Assembly (NCBI GenBank): GCA_963545195.1
Contig: CAUUIA010000001.1
Span: 1-53,313, forward strand
DNA from: an uncultured Acholeplasmataceae bacterium
Lineage (GTDB): Bacteria > Bacillota_I > Bacilli_A > Acholeplasmatales > Acholeplasmataceae
Reading direction: 5' to 3'
DNA: 53,313 nucleotides
A program made the position numbers and the translations under genes. The notes under the pieces were generated by a model that was given only the letters and a program-made list of their open reading frames with translations, searched no databases and was not told where the DNA came from. Positions within the stretch are counted from its first letter, which is position 1; each line of letters starts with the position of its first letter. This document shows, in pieces, positions 1 through 8,146 of the stretch.

Positions 1-85
1 AACACCTGTTTACATCCCGAACACAGCAGTTAAGCACTTTTACGCCGACGATAGCGCATGAGCGCAAAAATAGGGAGCTGCCAGT
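1..85 (+). rRNA. rrf: 5S rRNA, 3' portion (window begins inside the gene)
   Basis: Conserved 5S core CCCGAACACAGCAGTTAAGC and closing helix ending GGGAGCTGCCAGT. A tRNA cluster follows directly, as at the end of Firmicutes/Mollicutes rrn operons. Confidence 0.8.
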
Positions 86-95
86 TTCTTTATTG

Positions 96-171
96 GGAGG
101 TTTAGCTCAGCTGGGAGAGCATCTGCCTTACAAGCAGAGGGTCGGGGGTTCGAGCCCCTCAACCTCCACCA
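96..171 (+). tRNA. trnV: tRNA-Val (anticodon TAC)
   Basis: Hand-folded cloverleaf: acceptor GGAGGTT/AACCTCC, anticodon loop CTTACAA, T-loop TTCGAGC, encoded CCA. Confidence 0.9.
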
Positions 172-173
172 GA

Positions 174-249
<76 letters not shown>

Positions 250-255
250 CTATCT

Positions 256-331
256 GTCCCGTTAGCTCAGTCGGTAGAGCACCTGGCTTTTAACCAGGGT
301 GTCAGAAGTTCGAGTCTTCTACGGGATACCA
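256..331 (+). tRNA. trnK: tRNA-Lys (anticodon TTT)
   Basis: Acceptor GTCCCGT/ACGGGAT, anticodon loop CTTTTAA, T-loop TTCGAGT, encoded CCA. Confidence 0.9.
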
Positions 332-333
332 TT

Positions 334-420
334 GCCCGGGTGGCGGAATAGGTAGACGCGTGGGACTTAAAATCCCATGGAGGAAACTCTGTACCGGTTC
401 AAGTCCGGTTCCGGGTACCA
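334..420 (+). tRNA. trnL: tRNA-Leu (anticodon TAA), long variable arm
   Basis: Acceptor GCCCGGG/CCCGGGT, anticodon loop CTTAAAA, long variable arm, T-loop TTCAAGT, encoded CCA, 87 nt. Confidence 0.9.
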
Positions 421-497
421 TCCTTTTTTAAACTTTGTTTAAAAAGCGATAGTTTACCCTTTTTTTATTTCAAATCAACTAAACAAATTTTGTATAC

Positions 498-574
498 GGC
501 GGTGTAGCTCAGCTGGCTAGAGCGTACGGTTCATACCCGTGAGGTCGAGGGTTCGATCCCCCCCGCCGCTACCA
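498..574 (+). tRNA. trnM: tRNA-Met, elongator (anticodon CAT)
   Basis: Acceptor GGCGGTG/CGCCGCT, anticodon loop TTCATAC. Closely resembles the Bacillus elongator tRNA-Met as I recall it, and sits in the Met-Ile-Ser-fMet order. Confidence 0.85.
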
Positions 575-576
575 AA

Positions 577-653
577 GGACCCATAGTTCAGTTGGTTAGA
601 GCAACCGGCTCATAACCGGTTAGTCGTAGGTTCGAGTCCTACTGGGTCCACCA
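577..653 (+). tRNA. trnI: tRNA-Ile2 (anticodon CAT, presumably lysidine-modified)
   Basis: Acceptor GGACCCA/TGGGTCC, anticodon loop CTCATAA. The body resembles the Bacillus tRNA-Ile(CAU), and it lies between elongator Met and Ser as in the B. subtilis trnB cluster. Ile2 rather than Met identity is an inference. Confidence 0.7.
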
Positions 654-660
654 AATAAAC

Positions 661-751
661 GGAGGAATACCCAAGCCTGGTTGAAGGGATCGGTCTTGAA
701 AACCGACAGGGTGTAAAAGCCGCGGGGGTTCGAATCCCTCTTCCTCCGCCA
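661..751 (+). tRNA. trnS: tRNA-Ser (anticodon TGA), long variable arm
   Basis: Acceptor GGAGGAA/TTCCTCC, anticodon loop CTTGAAA, long variable arm, T-loop TTCGAAT, encoded CCA, 91 nt. Confidence 0.9.
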
Positions 752-767
752 TTTTATTTTTTCATAT

Positions 768-845
<78 letters not shown>

Positions 846-849
846 AGTT

Positions 850-926
850 GGTCTCGTGGTGTAGTTGGTTAACATAAATGCCTGTCACGCATTAGATCGC
901 GGGTTCAAGTCCCGTCGAGACCGCCA
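850..926 (+). tRNA. trnD: tRNA-Asp (anticodon GTC)
   Basis: Acceptor GGTCTCG/CGAGACC, anticodon loop CTGTCAC, T-loop TTCAAGT, encoded CCA. Confidence 0.9.
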
Positions 927-928
927 CT

Positions 929-1004
929 GGTCCGGTAGCTCAGTCGGTAGAGCAAGGGACTGAAAATCCCTGTGTCGGCAGTTCGATTCTGCCCTGGACC
1001 ACCA
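929..1004 (+). tRNA. trnF: tRNA-Phe (anticodon GAA)
   Basis: Acceptor GGTCCGG/CTGGACC, anticodon loop CTGAAAA, T-loop TTCGATT, encoded CCA. Confidence 0.9.
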
Positions 1005-1076
1005 TTTCATTTTTTATCTCCTTTAATTTATTTTGTAGATTTTCAATATTTAAACCTCCTTTCTACAAAACCGAGT

Positions 1077-1110
1077 AAAAACCACTTCTTTACCGAGGTG
1101 GTTTTTATTT
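1077..1110 (+). terminator. Rho-independent terminator closing the rrn-tRNA transcription unit
   Basis: Hairpin AAAAACCACTTC-TTTACC-GAGGTGGTTTTT followed by a T-rich tail. A-run and T-run on both sides, so it may act bidirectionally. Confidence 0.75.
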
Positions 1111-1123
1111 TACTTAAAAAAAC

Positions 1124-1272
1124 TATTTGAAAACAAATAATTCTAACCTATTATTTTATTTGAAAACACACTATTTAACGGTATTTTTTTATTTGAAAAC
1201 AAACAATTTTAACCTATATTTTTATTTGAAAACACACTATTTTAAGGTATTTTTTTATTTGAAAACAAACAA
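1124..1272. repeat. Tandem array, 33-bp period, 4 full units plus a truncated fifth, alternating A/B subtypes (ABABA)
   Basis: Units start at 1124, 1157, 1190, 1223 and 1256, each opening with TATTTGAAAACA. A units read ...AA(T/C)AATT(C/T)TAACCTAT...; B units read ...CACTATTT(T)AA(C/G)GGTATTTTT. Confidence 0.9.
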
Positions 1273-1274
1273 AT

Positions 1275-1283
1275 ATGCTAAAA
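1275..1283 (+). promoter_or_regulatory. Possible extended -10 promoter element (TGcTAAAAT) for the frameshifted ATPase gene
   Basis: TGCTAAAAT lies about 14 nt upstream of the AAGGAGA RBS at 1297-1303. No experimental support. Confidence 0.3.
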
Positions 1284-1308
1284 TAAATGCGTAGTAAGGA
1301 GATTTTAA

Positions 1309-2624
1309 ATGTTTAGACGAAAAATAGAAAAAATACTGATAAAAAACTATCAAGATGAAAAGCCAGAATATTAATTGTAGAAGGTGCTAGACAAATCGGA
1401 AAAAGTTATATTGTTAGAAAAACTGCTCCAAAATACTTTAAAAAATATTTAGAAATTGACTTAAAGTCAGATTATGAGGGCAAACAGTTCTTTTTAGGTA
1501 TTAGAGATACTGCTTCGTTTTATATCCACCTAAGTTCTATTTTTGATTTAAGAGGTGCAGATCTTTCAAATACAATAATTTTTTTAGACGAAATTCAATA
1601 CTACCCACATTTAATCACTTTATTAAAAGACCTGTATAAAGAACGCAAATATAGATATATAGTCTCTGGTTCCTTGCTCGGTATTACTTTAAAGCATATC
1701 TTTATACCGATGGGAGCAATTGATGAGGTTGAAATGTTTCCACTAGACTTTGAAGAGTTCTTGTGGGCAAACGGAGTTGGGACGGATGTAATTGACTACC
1801 TAAGGTCTGCATTTTCAAACTTAACTGCAATTAACGAAGCCATTCACAAACGTATTCTATATTTATTTAAAGATTATTTGATCTCAGGTGGCTTACCAGA
1901 CGCAGTTAAAGAATATGTGCTAAACAAAGATGTTAAAGCAACTCGCAGAGTTCAAACCAAAGTTTATTCATACTACCAAGATGACGCAGCTAGATACCAG
2001 GAAAACACCAAACTAAAAATCTCTAAAATTTATAGAGAAATGGTTTCTAATATGTCTAATAAGGTAAAAAGAGTTAATTTTAAAGCCATTGAAAACAAGG
2101 TGAATTCATCTTTTGAAAAATACCAAGATGAATTTGAGTATTTAGTCTCTGCTGGTGTTGCCAACCAAGTTAAAGCAGTTTCAAACCCTAAGTTTCCACT
2201 AATTGATGCAACTGCTAAAAACTTAATTAAACTTTACTACAACGATGTTGGAATACTAACTAACATACTGTTTAAAACTAATGTACAGCCTATTCTGAAT
2301 ACCGACAAAAACATTAACTTAGGTTCTGTCTACGAACACGCTTGCGCAACCGAACTTAAAGCCCACGAACATGATTTATTTTATTTTGATTCAAGAAAAG
2401 TTGGCGAAGTAGATTTTTTAATCAATGACTATGACCTGCTTTCCGTTGTTGCTATTAAAATAAAGTCTGGAAATGACCAAACTAACTTTCGTGCACTACC
2501 CAAACTAATTGATAAAAATGGACAATACAAACTTGCAAAAGGTTATGTTTTTGGAAACAAAAATATACTCAAACAAGAAGACAATTTAATAACCTTACCG
2601 ATTTACCTAATTATGTTTGTTTAA
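1309..2624 (+). pseudogene. AAA+ ATPase with C-terminal DUF4143/PD-(D/E)xK-like domain (COG1373-type), interrupted by one frameshift
   Basis: An RBS and ATG at 1309 give MFRRKIEKILIKNYQDEKPEY and then a stop at 1372. The frame one nt back is open from 1359 and reads (K)ARILIVEGARQIGKSY (Walker A) ... IIFLDEIQ (Walker B), running into ORF 1674..2624. About 30 percent identical by eye to the intact paralog at 47873..49231. The frame switch must lie within 1359-1371. Confidence 0.8.
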
Positions 2625-2644
2625 AAATATTTAAGGAGAACAAT

Positions 2645-3262
2645 ATGCATAATAAAGAAATTATTTTAGAACAAATACCATCTGTTTCATACGACCCGTC
2701 AATTACTTACTCAGATCAGTTAAAAATGTCATACATAGATTTAGTTAGCCACTTAATTGCTAAGTACGGACCGGCTAGCGGGAATTACTTTTTAACTGAA
2801 ACATGTAAGTCCAAAAACCCTAAAATAACTAGGGGAAAAGAAGGGCTGTTTTGCCACCACATAGACGAAAATAAAGCAATCAAACTCTCTAAACCAGAAT
2901 TTGCTATTAAACACCCGTTTGTATATCAAAAAGCAGAGAGATTAGTATATTGCGATATTTTGGAGCACTTAATTTTACACATTAAAATTATTGAAGAACC
3001 AAAAGGAGAATCGGTTGGAATTGGCGGTGCCGCTCTTATTTGCAGGCAAATTAACGATTGTTACAGCGGAATGACTTTTACGAATCCTTTTATGATTAGT
3101 GTAAGTGAAAAAATACAAGATAAAATTGGCGATTACCTAATAATTCTTCAAAGATTTTTTGATTTGGTTAAGAAATTTTATCCAACACTGATTTCAAAAG
3201 AGAGTATTTGCAAAAGTTACGACGGTAAAATTATTAAAAAGATATATAACGCCTTAAAATAA
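2645..3262 (+). CDS. Hypothetical protein with a candidate HNH/His-Me-finger-like motif
   Basis: RBS AAGGAGA 7 nt upstream of the ATG, 20 nt after the ATPase stop. The motif GLFCHHIDEN (residues 68-76), then 26 residues, then CDILEHLILH, resembles the HH...(N)...H layout of HNH nucleases. No family recognised with certainty. Confidence 0.6.
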   Translation: MHNKEIILEQIPSVSYDPSITYSDQLKMSYIDLVSHLIAKYGPASGNYFLTETCKSKNPKITRGKEGLFCHHIDENKAIKLSKPEFAIKHPFVYQKAERLVYCDILEHLILHIKIIEEPKGESVGIGGAALICRQINDCYSGMTFTNPFMISVSEKIQDKIGDYLIILQRFFDLVKKFYPTLISKESICKSYDGKIIKKIYNALK

Positions 3263-3386
3263 ATAAAAAGATTTTAAACTAAACAGTCAAGGAATACAAT
3301 TTTTTTTAAAAATTCGCAAAACTTACTTCAAAAAAACAAAATTTTTTTAATCGTTTTTCAAAATGTAAGCGTATACATTTAATATT

Positions 3387-3415
3387 TTGACTTTATTTTT
3401 TTCATTCTATATAAT
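3387..3415 (+). promoter_or_regulatory. Sigma-A type promoter of the ABC importer operon
   Basis: TTGACT (3387-3392), 17 nt spacer, TATAAT (3410-3415). Confidence 0.6.
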
Positions 3416-3445
3416 ATAAATATCTCTATATACACACGCCATAAA

Positions 3446-5701
3446 ATGAAGGAAATGGCACAAAAAAGGAGCGGTATGGAAGTTAAATTACAAGGTCTTA
3501 CTAAAATTTTCGTCGACAAACAAAAACGCGAAACAACAGCGGTTGATAAATTAACAATTACAGTTGGCGATGGTAAGCTAATTGGTCTACTTGGACCTTC
3601 TGGTTGTGGAAAATCAACCACCCTATATATGATCGCAGGTTTACATGAACCTTCTGGCGGTAAAATAATTTTCGGTGATGAGGATGTTACTCCACTTTCT
3701 GCCGACAAACGTGGAATTGGACTAGTTTTCCAAAACTACGCGCTATATCCTCACTTAACAATTCGTGAAAACATTATGTTTCCACTTCAAAACATGCACG
3801 TACCTGCCAACGAAATTGACGATATGGTTGAAGAAGTTGCACGTTTGGTTGGTATTGCTAACTTACTTGAACGTAAACCTTCTCAACTTTCAGGTGGTCA
3901 ACAACAACGTGTAGCGATTGCTCGTGCTTTGGTTAAAAAACCAAAAGTCTTGCTACTTGACGAACCACTTTCAAACCTTGACGCTCGTCTACGCCTACAA
4001 ATGCGTGAAGAGATTAAACGTATCCAAAAAGAAACTGGAATTACTGCAGTTTTCGTTACTCACGACCAAGAAGAAGCGATGTCTATTTGCGACGAGATCG
4101 TTTTAATGGAAGCAGGTGTTGAACAACAACGCGGTGTTCCTCAACAAATTTACGATAACCCTGCTAACTTATTTGTTGCGAAGTTCCTTGGAACTCCCCC
4201 AATTAACTTATTTAAAGCACACATCAAAAAAGACCGTGTGTTTGTCGGAGATGAAGACGTGCTTTCTGCCAAAGGCGCTAAGGCTGTCGTTAAAACTTGG
4301 GCTGAACTTAAACAAAACCACCCAGTAGTAGAGCGCGACAACTCAGACGTAACCTTGCACATCGCTGGTTGCGGTCAACTTAAAGCAGAAATTGAACCAC
4401 TACTTGCTGAGTTTTCCAAAATCGCGGGTGGTTTCCTGTATGACTTTACTTTAAACGGAGCAACAGAAGGCTTTACTTTAGTTCAAGGTAACCGCCGTAA
4501 AGCACCTAAGAAAACTAAAGATTTAGCGGTTGCTAAGTTAAACCAAAAAATAGAATACAAAAATTACCAAATTGAATACTACCAAGCAAAAATCGCCAGA
4601 ACCGAAGCACAAGTTAAAGAAGTTAAAGCCAATAAAGACTTTGTTGACGAAGTTAAAATCACTAAACTTGAGCAAAAAACAGCTAAATTAAACCTAGCAG
4701 TTCAAGCAGCTAAAGCAAGAATTGAACAACTTCAAGAACAAATCAAGACTATTGAAGCAGACCGCTCTCCATACATTGACCCTCGTTTCCACCTAGGACT
4801 TGTAAACCGCGAACTTAACCCTAACTTTGAACGCGCAACTAAACGCTTTATTCGTCGTTTCACTGCTAAAGCCGTAGTTCCGGTAGTTGCTCCAAACTCA
4901 CCACTTTCTGAGCTTTCATCTGCTACCCTTAAAGCAATTTTCCAAAAGAAATTAACTAAATGGGACAAACTAATTGACACAACCCTTCCTGAAAACATTG
5001 ATTTCATGAAGAAATCAATCCACACTGTGCTTCACCATAAAAGAAGCGGTGTGAGAACCCTAGCATTCCAAAAACTAGACATTATTCGTCTACCTAAAAA
5101 AATCTTTGGAGTGACTCTACCAACCCTACACGAAACTACAGTTCAAAACAACGAAGAGTTAATTAAAGCAATTTCTGAAAACCCGCTTGCAATTGGTTTC
5201 ATTCAATATGATTTACTTAAAGAATCTGGTTTAAAAGAAATTAAAGTCAATGGTCAAATGGCTACAGACGAAGGCGTGCGCACAGGATCTTACTTCTTTG
5301 CTTCAGTTTCAACTATTTTGGCATGTCAATATCCAATTGTAATTCCAGATAAAATTGCGGCTGCCTTCCTTGACTTTATTAAATCTAAAGAAGGTGAAGC
5401 AATTATTGCAAAACACTCAAAAATGTATCCAGACAGAAACTACTTAGTTGGTATTCGTCCAGAGGCCTACACAGTAGATTCAGAAAAAGGTTGCTTAACT
5501 CTAAACTATCAATACTTTGAGTCAATTGGCCGCGACTTAACGCTAATTGCTGCCCACCCTCAGGCAACTAACCGTACATTTAGAGTAATTCTTTCTGATG
5601 TTAATGACTCTAAAAAACTAAAAGACGGCAAAGTTAAGATGTCTCTAGATTATTCTAAAGTCTTTGTCTTTGACGAAGAAACTGGCGAAAGGATTATCTA
5701 A
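3446..5701 (+). CDS. ABC transporter ATP-binding protein, MalK/UgpC-like, with a ~390-aa insertion inside the C-terminal regulatory domain
   Basis: Walker A GPSGCGKST, signature LSGGQQQRV, Walker B LLLDEPLS, H-loop VTHD, then FLGTPPIN. The C-terminal GIRPE...VFVFDEETGERI is typical of the MalK/TOBE regulatory domain. The biological start may be the ATG at 3476 (MEVKLQGLTKIF), just after AAGGAG. Confidence 0.9.
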   Translation: MKEMAQKRSGMEVKLQGLTKIFVDKQKRETTAVDKLTITVGDGKLIGLLGPSGCGKSTTLYMIAGLHEPSGGKIIFGDEDVTPLSADKRGIGLVFQNYALYPHLTIRENIMFPLQNMHVPANEIDDMVEEVARLVGIANLLERKPSQLSGGQQQRVAIARALVKKPKVLLLDEPLSNLDARLRLQMREEIKRIQKETGITAVFVTHDQEEAMSICDEIVLMEAGVEQQRGVPQQIYDNPANLFVAKFLGTPPINLFKAHIKKDRVFVGDEDVLSAKGAKAVVKTWAELKQNHPVVERDNSDVTLHIAGCGQLKAEIEPLLAEFSKIAGGFLYDFTLNGATEGFTLVQGNRRKAPKKTKDLAVAKLNQKIEYKNYQIEYYQAKIARTEAQVKEVKANKDFVDEVKITKLEQKTAKLNLAVQAAKARIEQLQEQIKTIEADRSPYIDPRFHLGLVNRELNPNFERATKRFIRRFTAKAVVPVVAPNSPLSELSSATLKAIFQKKLTKWDKLIDTTLPENIDFMKKSIHTVLHHKRSGVRTLAFQKLDIIRLPKKIFGVTLPTLHETTVQNNEELIKAISENPLAIGFIQYDLLKESGLKEIKVNGQMATDEGVRTGSYFFASVSTILACQYPIVIPDKIAAAFLDFIKSKEGEAIIAKHSKMYPDRNYLVGIRPEAYTVDSEKGCLTLNYQYFESIGRDLTLIAAHPQATNRTFRVILSDVNDSKKLKDGKVKMSLDYSKVFVFDEETGERII

Positions 5702-6657
5702 TGCATTTCCGTGTCGATGCACGAAGAAAACTAAAAATCTGGTTCCAAAACAACAAAGGTTGGGTGTATCTACTTCCAATTCTGACCTTAATGGTAATTT
5801 TTACTTTCTACCCACTAATTAAAACCATTTTGATTTCATTTGACCCGACTTTCCGCCGTGACATTCAAACACTTAGCCCAGGTTCTTTTAGTTTTGACAA
5901 CTACCGTGCACTATTTGCTGAACACTCAGATTTCGGGCTGGCTTTGAAAAACACAGCGCTAATTGTGTTTGTAACTGTTCCGCTTTCTACCATTATTGCC
6001 CTTGGAATTTGCGTGTCTTTAATGTCAGTTAAACGCATTCGTTCGTTTTTCCAAACTATTTTCTTCCTGCCATATATCACTAACACAATTGCAATTGGTT
6101 TAGTGTTTGCCGTACTTTTTGACTACCAATCTGGTTTAGTTAACTCATTTTTAGGGCTATTTGGAATTGGCAAAACTAACTGGCTAAACCCAGCAGCCGT
6201 TGGTCAACACGGCTACGCTGCCGCCACAGACGGCGCAATGCGTGCAGTTACCTTGTTTTACATCACTTGGTCAGGTCTGCCTTTTAAAATCCTGATTTTC
6301 ATGGGAGCACTGCAAGGCATTAACAAACAATACTACGATGCTGCTAAAATTGACGGAACTTCTTCATGGCGAACATTCTATAAAATCACCGTCCCGCTAA
6401 TTTCGCCAATGATTTTATACGTTGTAATTACTTCACTAATTGGTGCTTTCAAAACTTACGCCGCGGTCATTGGTCTATTTAACGACCCAACACTTCGCGC
6501 GAGAATGAACACCGTGGTTGGTTATGTTTACGACAAACTAGCAGACAGCGGCTCTGGCTACGCACAAGGTGCCGCTGGTGCAGTAGTTCTGTTCTTAATT
6601 ATCCTTGCGCTTACTTTTGTAAGCACTTGGGCATCTAAGAAAAAGGTTCACTACTAA
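5701..6657 (+). CDS. ABC transporter permease (MalF/UgpA-like, binding-protein-dependent family)
   Basis: Six predicted hydrophobic spans and an EAA-type loop (YDAAKIDGTSSWRTFYKITVPL). The start overlaps the ATPase stop (TAATG). Confidence 0.9.
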   Translation: MHFRVDARRKLKIWFQNNKGWVYLLPILTLMVIFTFYPLIKTILISFDPTFRRDIQTLSPGSFSFDNYRALFAEHSDFGLALKNTALIVFVTVPLSTIIALGICVSLMSVKRIRSFFQTIFFLPYITNTIAIGLVFAVLFDYQSGLVNSFLGLFGIGKTNWLNPAAVGQHGYAAATDGAMRAVTLFYITWSGLPFKILIFMGALQGINKQYYDAAKIDGTSSWRTFYKITVPLISPMILYVVITSLIGAFKTYAAVIGLFNDPTLRARMNTVVGYVYDKLADSGSGYAQGAAGAVVLFLIILALTFVSTWASKKKVHY

Positions 6658-6675
6658 CAAAGAGGTTTTCTGAAA

Positions 6676-8118
6676 ATGAATGAAAGAATTGATGTTAAGA
6701 AAAAACTAGTCTATCAAAAAATCAAATCTGCCTCTCAAAAAACTGTTGCCATAATTTTCCTGTCTATTATGGCCTTAATGATTATCGTACCTTTTTACTG
6801 GATGCTAAATACTTCCTTTAAGAATGAATCTGAAGTCCTTGAAGAACCACCAACTCTCTATCCTCACGCTTGGACTTGGAAAAACTACTCATACGCTTTT
6901 AACGGAACCAGACTTACCAACATCCGTTTACTTCAACAAAAACTAAAAGAATACGAAGGTCCAAACGGAGTTGTTCAGACCGCTAAAAAAGAACGCGATA
7001 AAATTGCTTTAACAGACACAGAAAAAACTAAATTAGACGCACTTTTAAAAGGTGATCCTAAAAATCTATATACAGACGCCTACTACTCACAAGCACTTGA
7101 ACCTTATATCCTTGATAACTCTAAATACGCATTTCAGGCATATAAAGACAAACAAGCCGAAAAAGCAATTCTAGAAGCCAAAGAAAAAGAGGCTAAAAAC
7201 ATCGCTGAAAAGGTTAAAATTCAAAATCAAATAGGCGAAATTAATAAGTATATTTCTAAGTTTAATGTTCAATATAATGCTGATTTAACTAAATTTTCAA
7301 CTTGGAAAGACGAACAAATTTATAAACCTGATTACTTAAAACTAAGAAATAAAGACTTGGCATACCAAGTGGCTGACCGTAAATACCAAAATCTAGCAAG
7401 TGAATTAAAAGGTCTGCCTGGCAAAATTGAAGGTGAAGAAAATGCACCTTCTGACCGTTTTACCAGATACTTGCTAAACACCTTAATAGTTGGTATTTCT
7501 TCAACTATTGTTGGTACCTTTATGTCAATTATTGGTGCGTTTGCGCTATCAAGGCTGGAATTCAAAGGTCGCGACACAATCTTTAAAGTGATGCTTTCTA
7601 CCATGATGATTCCAGGCGAAATGATGGTAATCACAAACTACGGTACAGTTTCTCGCCTTGGTTGGACAGACCAAGCGCCGGCTTTTTCAGGAGCTCCGTT
7701 CCTCGCAATGACGGTACCGTTCTTAGTCACTGTCTTTCACATCTACCTAATTCGCCAAAACTTCCGACAAATTCCAAATGAACTTTATTATGCTGCCAAA
7801 GTTGACGGAACTTCTGACTTTAAGTATCTATGGAAAGTCATGGTCCCACTTGCAAACTCTTCTATTATTACAATTACTATTTTGAAACTAATGGGTTCTT
7901 GGAACGCCTATATCTGGCCAAACCTAGTAGCCGGCCAAAACTTTAAACTAATTACTGTATGGTTGCGCTCTGCGTTTGTAGACCAAGAGTCTAACCGAAT
8001 AGCCGTCGAACGTCAAATGGCTGCAACTGTTATTGTGTTAATTCCACTACTACTTGTCTTTATCTTCCTTCGTAAATATATCATGCGCGGTGTTGCCCGC
8101 GGTGGAACTAAGGGTTAA
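6676..8118 (+). CDS. ABC transporter permease (MalG/UgpE-like) with a ~215-aa charged extracytoplasmic loop inserted after TM1
   Basis: EAA loop YYAAKVDGTSDFKYLWKVMVPL. TM1 is near residues 24-44, and the next hydrophobic span begins only near residue 266. Confidence 0.9.
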   Translation: MNERIDVKKKLVYQKIKSASQKTVAIIFLSIMALMIIVPFYWMLNTSFKNESEVLEEPPTLYPHAWTWKNYSYAFNGTRLTNIRLLQQKLKEYEGPNGVVQTAKKERDKIALTDTEKTKLDALLKGDPKNLYTDAYYSQALEPYILDNSKYAFQAYKDKQAEKAILEAKEKEAKNIAEKVKIQNQIGEINKYISKFNVQYNADLTKFSTWKDEQIYKPDYLKLRNKDLAYQVADRKYQNLASELKGLPGKIEGEENAPSDRFTRYLLNTLIVGISSTIVGTFMSIIGAFALSRLEFKGRDTIFKVMLSTMMIPGEMMVITNYGTVSRLGWTDQAPAFSGAPFLAMTVPFLVTVFHIYLIRQNFRQIPNELYYAAKVDGTSDFKYLWKVMVPLANSSIITITILKLMGSWNAYIWPNLVAGQNFKLITVWLRSAFVDQESNRIAVERQMAATVIVLIPLLLVFIFLRKYIMRGVARGGTKG

Positions 8119-8146
8119 AATTAAAATAACTCTGCAAGGAAAAATT

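Noticed and set aside
1124-1272. CRISPR interpretation of the 33-bp array (and of the 34-bp array at 47590-47820)
   Set aside because: The whole unit repeats head to tail with no unique spacers. There are only 5-6 units, no cas genes are in the window, and the last unit merges with a promoter.
1005-3445. Genomic island with att duplication at tRNA-Phe (and likewise at the ssrA 3' end, 47540-49327)
   Set aside because: I looked by eye for a second copy of the tRNA-Phe 3' end (GTTCGATTCTGCCCTGGACCACCA) or the ssrA 3' end in the distal flanks and found none. No integrase gene is present either. Only the weaker hot-spot-location observation is kept as a finding.
3379-3708. 109-aa minus-strand ORF overlapping the ABC promoter and the ATPase N-terminus
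   Set aside because: It is antisense to the Walker A region of a clearly genuine gene and has no RBS or domain.
8054-8146. N-terminal extension of the binding-lipoprotein ORF (start at 8054)
   Set aside because: The extension overlaps the end of the preceding permease gene. The Met at 8147 is preceded by AAGGA and begins a textbook signal peptide and lipobox.
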